Positions 55,301 to 64,000 of a DNA stretch of 64,000 nt are shown here, piece after piece. The number at the start of each line of letters is the position of its first letter. The stretch's first letter is position 1. Below the pieces are notes generated by a model that was not told the DNA's origin, did no database searches, and saw only the letters and a list, made by a program, of their open reading frames with translations. Source of the stretch: Eledone cirrhosa. Taxonomy: Eukaryota. Position numbers and translations under genes: made by a program. The DNA is taken from the NCBI GenBank assembly GCA_964016885.1, contig OZ024740.1, positions 104,470,001 to 104,534,000 on the forward strand, written 5' to 3'.

Positions 55301-55990
55301 TTCCTCACCCAGGAGGGACTTTGAGTTTGCTATCATTGCTCTATCTTGTTTTCTGGTGAGGATGAAATCTATTTGGCTGGTGTGCTCACCTGATCTATAG
55401 GTGATCAAGTGGTTATTGGGTTTTTTGAAGTTAGTACTACAGATTACTAGTTCTTTAGTATCACAGAATTCTATGAGCCTAAAACCTTCCTCATTTCTCA
55501 TACCAAACTTATATCCACCGTGTATCCCATAGAAACCATTACTGTGTTGTCCAACATGTCCATTAAAGTCTCCTGCTACGAGTAATAGTTCCTTGTACTA
55601 GAGAAGTAGTCTGTATTATGAATTCATAGAAGTCATCTTTTTGTCCATCTGGTAGCCCCAATTGCGATGTATATGCAGATATAATAATTACAGTTGTTCT
55701 ATCTAGGACTATCTTCAGCTTAATGATTCTGTCATTTACTCTGTTTACTCCAACATTAGCTACTCATTTTTCTGCTAATAGGATACCTACTCCACTTAGC
55801 CCGTAATCATTACTGACCCAGAAAAATTTGTAACAGCGTTCTTTGCCAACAAGGAGACTAGCAGATCCTGCTCTCCATCTAGTCTCTTGTACACAACACA
55901 CGTCCACCCTTTTTCACTCTAACATTTCTACAATCTCTCCTGATCTTCCTCACATTGTGTTTACATTAATGGTAACAGCTCTGAAATTAT
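52366..55990 (-). mobile_element. RTE-clade LINE, near full length but heavily decayed (APE-RT-PHD-CTD)
   Basis: APE motifs (VCCVQETRW, AGDFNGHVG, SQIDFIL), RT remnants, a PHD remnant (WLCSVCRKGAGRNS), a 3' UTR and (GAT)n tail. Many stops and frameshifts. Confidence 0.9.
54524..54708 (-). mobile_element. SINE family A inserted in the LINE, 16-bp TSD
   Basis: ATCAGTCTCT(G/C)ATAAT at 54508-54523 and 54709-54724. Confidence 0.88.
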
Positions 55991-56443
55991 AGAGTTTACA
56001 GGAAGAGTGGAATGGGTACTTGAGAAGTTAGGTGGGATCAGTATTGGAGTTGGTGCCAATTTTCCATGCCTGAAATAAAAGTTTGCTTGGTCACCTGTGG
56101 TCGAGTATATTCATGCCAAGAGGAAATTTCCAAAGCCCTGAAGTCTGATGTTCAGCCGCCTCACAGTCCAACAAAACACACAGTACACACACCTTATATT
56201 CTTAATAGTAATAGATATGCAAGAGTTAGGAGTTTCAAGCTATTTTTAATGCTACCACTGTTTAGCCGGTAGGAAATGGAGATCGAAATGTTGCAGTCTA
56301 CGAAATATTCCTAAAAACAATGGCTTATATAAACATACAAACAAAAGATATAACCTATCTGGTTCAGTGTACACATATTTATGTACATATCATCAATAGT
56401 AATATATCATATATATATTATAATCTATATGTATATATAAGCC

Positions 56444-56740
56444 ATCATCATCATCGTTTAACGTCCATTTTTCACGCCAGCATGGGTTAGACGGGTTGTC
56501 CCATTTAAGGTAAGTTGTGTCAGGTGCCCATGTGTTATTCATATTGGACTGGTTCTGGCTAGGTTTATATGGCTGAATGCCCTTCCTAGCGCCAACCACA
56601 CTTACAGTGTGTGCTGGGTGCTTTTTGCTGTGCCTCTTACATAACCACTTTACAGTGTGGACTAGGTGCTTTTTGTAATGACACCTACATGACAATTTTA
56701 CAGTGTGGGCTGGATATATTTTGTTCACAGTGTAAGGGTG
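56444..56740 (-). mobile_element. Isolated RTE LINE 3' UTR or tail-sharing short element
   Basis: (CAT)n-CGTTTAACGTCC...GCATGGGTTAGACGG...ATGCCCTTCCTA...ACAGTGTG is the same 3' UTR as in the LINE copies. Confidence 0.7.
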
Positions 56741-57233
56741 GTGTAGACAGGAGTAGGTGGATGATTGGGGGTATAGTGGTTCAGAGGTGCCTACTAGGTG
56801 TATGTTTGAGTCTGTGTGCATGGGAAGTATGTGTAAATATGAGATATGATATTGCTATTCCATTAATGGGTCAACCTACTTTCTCTTTGAACTGTCAATT
56901 GTAGACAATTGTATGATCAGAACTCACACTGGATTATGTAGCCCGAGATATATGACAAAAAATAAAATCAGTATCATTATGGCTGGAATACTGTAAATCA
57001 CAGATCTAAGTCAAGGCTGATATAATTACGATTATTAAAAAACTTAGATTTCATTCAAAGTAGGACATATTACACACACACACACGTGTGGGGATGAGCA
57101 TGAATGTGTATAAATGATTCTGCAGCTTGAGTAGAATCTTTGAAGGAATCTTTTGCGATGAGACCCTACTACAAAATCTAAACCACTTACTGCCTAATCT
57201 TATTAAGACCATCTCTTCAAGGCTGCATTGAGT

Positions 57234-60200
57234 TGATTCTGCTATAAGAATCAGATCATCAGCATAGAGAAGTTCCCATGGACAGCCAGTCTTAAACTTC
57301 TCTGTTATGGCTTGGAGGACTATAATGAACAAGAGCGGGCTGAGGACCGAACCTTGATGTACTCCTATTTGTATCTGGAATTCCTCACTAAACTCCATTC
57401 CTACCCTCATTTTACTGACAGCACCTCTGTACAAAGTTTGCACTGTCCTCACAAGCCATTCCTCAACACCTAGTTTCTTTAGGGACCACCAAATGACAGA
57501 TCGGGGTACCCTATCAAAGGCCTTCTCTAGGTCAACAAAAGCTAAGTATAGTGGCTTATTCTTCTCTAAGAACCTATCTTGTAATTGTCTCACCAAGAAG
57601 AGGGCATCTGTTGTACTTTTCCCAGGCACAAAACCAAACTGCATCTCATCTAGTTTGACCCTTTCTCTAATTAGTTGTGCTAATATCATTTCTGTCACTT
57701 TCATAACCTGATCCATCAGTTTTATACCCCTATAATTGCTCCTCTCCAGAGCATCCCCTTTACCTTTGTAGCAATTTATGAGAATACTGCTGCATCAGTC
57801 TTTGGGTATGACACCACCATATATAGCCTGATTGATGATGCGTGCAACCAGTTTAGTGCCTACGTCCCCTGATTCCTTCAGCATCTCAGCAACTATCCCC
57901 AACGGTCCAGCAGCCTTACCATTTTTCATTTCCTTAATTGCCTCTTGGACTCTATATTCGTCAATCTCAATAGCTAGTCCCTCTGTCGGATCTACTGAGG
58001 GTAATTTCTCTCTCTCCCATTCGTTCTCCACATTCATCAGTCTCTCATAATTACATTTCCAGGTCTCTTTTTTCTGGTCATTTGCGACACTAAGTACACG
58101 GCATCATTCCGGACACATTTATCTCCAACAACATCCTGATTTGCATTGACACACTGCCTTGAAACGTGGAACACCGCACGCCTCTGATCTTGCCGTTGCA
58201 GAACATTGGCAAACCCCCTACTCTCAGCCTCCCTGCATGCTAGGTACACCTGACGTCTAGCTTCTCTCTTAGCAGCTGTATATCCTTCTCTACTCCCACC
58301 CTTTTTCCAAGCCTTCCATGCTAGTCTTTTGTCTCTAATGGCACTATCTACTGTGCTGTTCCACCACCAGGTCACTGTCTGGTTGGAGCTCTGCTCCAGC
58401 CACAAGTTTCATCAGTAGCCTGCAGTAAGTTGTCATGTAAGAAATTCCAGTTATTATCTACCGTATATACTTGCGTATAGGTCGCACTTTTTTAACGATA
58501 AATAAGTATAAATTTTTGGGGTGCGACCTATCCGATCGATATCAGACTGACCAATGATTTTTCATAGACTTAATCAATGATGGGTATTTATAAAAATAAC
58601 TTTGTTAATATTTTTTATTATTTAACATAATAATTTCATATATCTACCTTCTTATACATATATTTCTTGATTTTAAATTTTTTACTAAAACTTCATAGTG
58701 TTTACGTTTTTTTCTAACCATCCGTCATTAAAATCCATAGAAATGCATACCTGGTATTTAAAATGTGATTTCATTGTCTTAGCGTTGCTATGAACACGTA
58801 TTGTGATGTATTTACTTTAACAGGAAACAGGTTATTGCACGTGGCGTTACTTTTCAAAATTAGCAAGTGAGAAAAGTTGATAGTTGTAATCTAGCAGTTT
58901 TCCGAACAGGTGAATTAATTAAAAATGCAGATATAATCAGTACAAGGTTTTTCTACAAGGTCTTTCTCTACATTCCAGGCAAATATTTTCATTGAAAAAA
59001 ATGTATAAAACCTTTTCACCAGTCAAAATAATATTTGCAATGTACTCTTACACAATGTACGGTGTAAATTTACATAACAGAGTGTTCCCAATATATAAGT
59101 TCATTAACAGGTGTGAACATGTATTGGTGTTGTATCTTTCAACCACGTTGCTGTAATATTTTCAATGGTGTCCGTCAGATCTTCGCTTTCACTTTCAAAG
59201 TAACTATCATCGTCAGAAATAAATACGTCTGATTCATTTGAAGATAAATCACTAATATTATGTTGTGTTTCTTTTTCATTTTGAATGTTGTCGCATGTAA
59301 AACCTTCAAAGTCGGTATTCGCTACTTTGGGAAGCCATGTTGATACGCTAAAAATCTGTTATACTTTCAACGTTAAAAAACACGTGTTATTTCGAGTTGT
59401 TTCACTATATTAAGAGTTAATTTTCGCGCTTAAAGGCTTTATCTCGCAGTAATCTCGAATTGACGAAATTTCGATGACGTTAATGTTTATTTTATAAATA
59501 AAACATGGTTTGGAGTATATATCGCAATGGTGAAGTAATGGAAAGCTAACAGATTATTAGTTTCAATTATCATAAAAAATAGTAGTTTGACGACCCAAAT
59601 TTCAGTGCGACCTATCTGCGAGTCAATGGCAAATAGCCTATTTGTTAAATGAAAAGAGGGTATGCAACCTATCTGCCAGGGTGACCTATACGCGAGTATA
59701 TACGGTATGTCATACGACTCTAAATCGTCTTCTTTTTCGTCATACACATCTTGAAGAGCTTTCCTAAATTTGTATTTTAGTGAAAGGTATTTTAGCTTCC
59801 AGACCTTTCTTCTCCACACCTTCCTGTATGTCTCATTCCATCTCTTGCTTACTGAGATATCACTAATGACTAACCTATGCTGTGGGGTACGTTCTTCCCC
59901 AGGGTATGCCTTGGTATTTGACATCATCTGCCTGTCCCGCTGCCTAACTAGTAAGAAATCAATTTGGCTTATGTGCTCGCCTGATTTGTAGGTTATTAGG
60001 TGGTTGGCAGGTTTCTGGAAGTTTGTGTTGCAAATAGTCAGTGTACTTGCATCACAAAATTCAAGAAGTCTCACTCTTTCTTCATTTCTTGAGCCGTAAC
60101 CGTGCCCACCATGTACCCCAGTGTAACCATCCTGGAGCTGTCCAACATGACCATTGAAGTCCCCTGCTAGCATAACGATGTCTCCGTCCTCTGTCATTGC

Positions 60201-60590
60201 AGCTGTTTGTAAAAGTTGCTCGTAAAAGCAGTCTTTCTCTTCTTTGCCTAGGCCTGCTTGGGGAGCATAGGCAGAGATGATTGTCAGTAGTCTCCTGCCT
60301 ACAACTAATCTAAGCTTAACTCGAACTACCTCTATTGTCTTATTGATCCATCTCTTAGCCAGGAAAATGGCTACTCCCCCTAACCCATCATCCTTACCTA
60401 CCCAGAAAAGCTTATAGCTAAAATGTTTGCCTGCGACTAGTCTCGCAGAGGCACCTCTCCATCTCACCTCTTGCACGCAGCACACATCCACATGCCTTCT
60501 CTCCAGCATCTCCGCTATTTCACCAGATCTACCTGTGAGAGTACCAACATTAAGTGTTACAACTCTGAGATGCGATGTCTTCATATTTTT
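57234..60590 (-). mobile_element. RTE-clade LINE 5' portion (APE + RT), 3'-truncated and split by a DNA transposon
   Basis: The ORF from 60584 has APE motifs (TLNVGTL, CVQEVRW, SAYAPQ, AGDFNGHVG, QIDF, QHRLV). RT runs to LLYADDLILIAES and then stops. Confidence 0.93.
58461..59705. mobile_element. Non-autonomous Tc1/mariner-superfamily (pogo/m44-like) DNA transposon, 1245 bp
   Basis: TIRs CCGTATATACTTGCGTATAGGTCGC and GTGACCTATACGCGAGTATATACGG, with TA duplicated at 58459-58460 and 59706-59707. Removing it restores the LINE frame (..ESYDI-DNNWNFLHDNLL..). Confidence 0.92.
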
Positions 60591-60800
60591 GTTGTTCCTA
60601 TATATTTGTTGCTGTGCTCATAATTGTTTTGGCATTGATACACTGGTTGGATGCCCTTCCTAACACCAGTTGCCCCTTTACAGCATGGACTGGGTGCTTT
60701 TATTCATGCCACCAACACTAGAGAGGAAGTCTTACTGGACTCATGGGCCCTCTCTACCCCTCCATTTTACAGCATGGTCATAAAAAAAATATATATATAT

Positions 60801-62444
60801 ATCATCATCATCATCGTTTAACGTCTATCTTCCATGCTAGCATGGGTTTAGACGGGAATTGTCCCACTTGAGGCAAGATTGGTTGTCTTGCTTGTATAGG
60901 ACTGTCTGGCGGGTTTTCTATGGTTGGATGCCCTTCCTAACACCAACCACGTTTACAGTGTGGACTGGGAGATTTTTACCGGGTTATCTACATGGCCACA
61001 TTACAGTGTGGACTGTGTTTTTTTGTCATGACACCTACACGACCTCATTTATTTAGGACTGGATGTTGTGGTACCAACATAACTTTACAGAGAAAGGGGT
61101 GGTGTTGATTGGGGGGGGGGGGGGTAGTGGTGGTGGGATGGGGGTGTATTTTTGGTTAAGAGGTGCCTACTGACTGTAGGTTTCGCTTTGTACTTAGGCA
61201 AGGCGGGTCTTCTGTATTACTGCGTAGTGCCAAAGATCTCGGTCCAGTGACATTGTCTTGGAGAGGTATAAGTGTGTGAGGTCGGAATTTATCAAATCGT
61301 CCCAGGTTTTTCTGGGTCTACATACTCCGTAGCTTCCATCAGTTTTGATCGCTCTGCACTTTTTTATACAGCTGTCGTCTTTCATGCGCATCACGTGACC
61401 ATACCAACGTAGTCTTCTCTCGAGTAAACAGCATCTGATCCCTCTTATTCCTAATTTCTCACTTAGTTCATTTATGCTTTGCTGTTCACGTATATTACTA
61501 TTACACGTCCAATGGAGCATGCAAGCTTCATTCCTCTCCAGTTTGCGCAGATCCTCTGCACACAATGCCCATGTCACACTGCCATGTAACATTGCTGTTC
61601 GTATGCAGGCATCATACAGTCTGCCTTTCATTTTTAGAGAGAAACCTTTAGCGGCCAATAGTGGTATAAGCTCTTGAACTTTTTCCATCCCGTTCTGACT
61701 CTGGCTACTGTACTTTCAGAGCACCCTCCACCACTGTTGATTTTGTCACCCAGGTAACGGAAGGTGTCCACTATTTCTATAGAACCATCTAGGCAATGGA
61801 AGGAGCTAGTATCCTGTGGGCACTTGCTACTTATTGCACCTGAGCACTGGCCACATATAAAATCTATGTTCTTAGTTAGCTTACCTGTGATCCCACTACA
61901 TCTTTTATGCACCCATACTTTGCATTTGGGACATAAAATGGAGTTTCTGCCTACTCCTTTCCTACACACTGAACATTGTCATTTCCAAGAGGGGACCAGT
62001 GCCTTATTTTCCTTCCTACATACTAGAACTTTAGTCTTAGACAAGTTAACTTTAAGGCCTTTTGATTCTAGGCTATGGTTCCATGTTTGGAATTTCTTCT
62101 CTAGTTCAGCCATTGATTCAGCTATGAGCGTTAGATCATCTGCATATAGAAGTTCCCATGGGCAGCCGGTCTTGAACTCCTCTGTTATAGCCTGAAGGGC
62201 AATAATAAATAGGAAGGGGCTAAGGACAGAGCCCTGATGAACACCAACTTTTACACTAAATTTTTCACTATATTCGTTGTTAATTCTAACCTTGCTGACT
62301 GTTTCTTTATACATGGCTTGTATAGCTCTCACAAGCCATTCATCAACACCTAGTTTTCTAAGAGCCCACCAGATAATGGAGCGGGGTACTCTGTCAAAGG
62401 CTATCTCCAAGTCAACAAAAGTTAAGTATAGGGGTTTACTTTTA
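60801..62444 (-). mobile_element. RTE-clade LINE, 5'-truncated and frameshifted
   Basis: ORF pieces 61979-62410, 61634-61969 (PHD) and 61194-61688, with a (GAT)n tail. Confidence 0.94.
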
Positions 62445-62458
62445 ATATATATATATAT

Positions 62459-63950
62459 CTATACAAGCCATGTATAAAGAAACAGTCAGCAAGGTTAGAA
62501 TTAACAACGAATATAGTGAAGAGTTTAGCGTAAAAGTTGGTGTCCATCAGGGCTCTGTTCTTAGCCCCCTACTATTTATTATTGCCCTTCAGGCTATAAC
62601 AGAGGAGTTCAAGACCGGCTGCCCATGGGAACTCATATACGCAGATGATCTAACGCTCATAGCTTAATCAATGGCCGAGCTAGAGAAGAAATTCCAAACA
62701 TGGAAGCACGGCCTAGAATCAAAAGGCCTTAAAATTAACCTGGCTAAGACTAAAGTTCTAGTTTGTAGGAAAGAAAATAAGGCGGCGGTCCCTTCTGGGA
62801 AATGGCCATGCTCAGTGTGTAGGAAAGGCGTAGGTAGAAACTCCATTTTATGTCCCAAATGCAAAGTATGGGTGCATAAAAGATGTAGTGGGATCACAGG
62901 TAAGCTAACTAAGAACATAGATTTTATATGTGGCCGGTGCTCTGAAAGTACAGTAGCTAGAGTCAGAACTGGATGGAAAAAGTTCAGAGAGCTTATACCA
63001 CTATTAGCCGCTAAAGGGTTCTCACTAAAAATGAAAGGCAGGTTGTATGATGCCTGAATACGAACAGAAATGCTGCATGGCAGTGAGACCTGGGCATTGC
63101 GTGCAGAGGATATACGCAGACTAGAGAGGAACGAAGCTTGCATGCTCCGCTGGATGTGTAATAGTAATATACGTGAACGGCTAAGCATAAACGAACTAAG
63201 GAAAAAATTAGAAATAAGAAGGATCAGATGTTGTTTACTCGAGAGAAGGCTACGTTGGTACGGTCACGTGATGCGCATGAAAGACGACAGCTGTATAACA
63301 AAGTGCAGGGCAATAAAGATAGACGGTAGCCACGGAGTAGGCAGACCCAGAAAAACATGGGACGAGCTGATAAATTCCGACCTCACACGCTTACACCTCT
63401 CCAAGACAATGTCACTGGACCGAGACCTTTGGCGGTACTCAGTAATAGAGAAGACCCGTCTTACCTAAATACAAAGTAAAACCTACTACAGTCAGTAGGC
63501 ATCTCTAACAAAACACCCCCCCCCCACCCCATCCACACCGCCCCTTTCAATGTAAAGTTATGTTGGTGCCACTACATCCAGGCCGAAACAAATGAGATCG
63601 TGTAGGTGTCACGACAAAAAAACACACAGTCCATGCTGTAATGTGGCCGTGTAGGCAACACGGTAAAAACCTCCCAGCCCCACACTGTAAATGTGGTTGG
63701 TGTTAGGAAGGGTATCCAGCTGTAGAAAACCCGCCAGACAGTCCACGCTGTAATGTGGCCATGTAGGCAACACGGTAAAAACCTCCCAGCCCCACACTGT
63801 AAATGTGGTTGGTGTTAGGAAGGGCATCCAGCTGTAGAAAACCCGCCAGACAGTCCTATGCGAGCAAGACAATCACTCTTGCCTCAAGTGGGAAAACCCC
63901 CGTCCAAACCCATGCAAGCGTGGAACATGGACGTTAAACGTTGATGATGA

Positions 63951-63954
<4 letters not shown>
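62459..63954 (+). mobile_element. RTE-clade LINE, 5'-truncated, with an internal deletion and a duplicated 3' UTR segment
   Basis: ORF pieces 62470-62667, 62671-63057 (intact PHD) and 63070-63468, with a (GAT)n tail running into (TA)n. Confidence 0.94.
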
Positions 63955-63989
<35 letters not shown>

Positions 63990-64000
63990 AAAAAGTATGA

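Noticed and set aside
59487-59705. Novel C-terminal extension on the APE endonuclease ORF
   Set aside because: It is read-through into the inserted DNA transposon.
62445-62470. Twin-priming 5' inversion of a single LINE
   Set aside because: Both halves contain the same 3' region and tail, and they differ in sequence, so they are two separate copies.

Overview
AT-rich, repeat-dense eukaryotic DNA. The repeat spectrum suggests a coleoid cephalopod such as Octopus; this is inference, not proven. The only host gene I can support is the 3' end of STUB1/CHIP on the minus strand. Its two U-box exons are 43340-43224 and 28193-28068, separated by a 15,030-bp intron. I found no upstream exon, so 43341-64000 is probably intron too. 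The rest is mobile DNA and tandem repeats: at least eight copies of an RTE-clade LINE family, a 2.07-kb non-autonomous LTR element, TA-flanked and TTAA-flanked MITEs, R4/Dong-like endonuclease remnants, many tRNA-derived SINEs and two large minisatellites. The most unusual signal is a complete C4HC3 PHD-type finger inserted inside the LINE ORF2, at the C-terminal end of the RT domain. Other points of interest are the LINE's bias for (TA)n sites and several long inverted-repeat pairs inside the STUB1 pre-mRNA. Most ORFs in the supplied track are artefacts of repeats or antisense frames.
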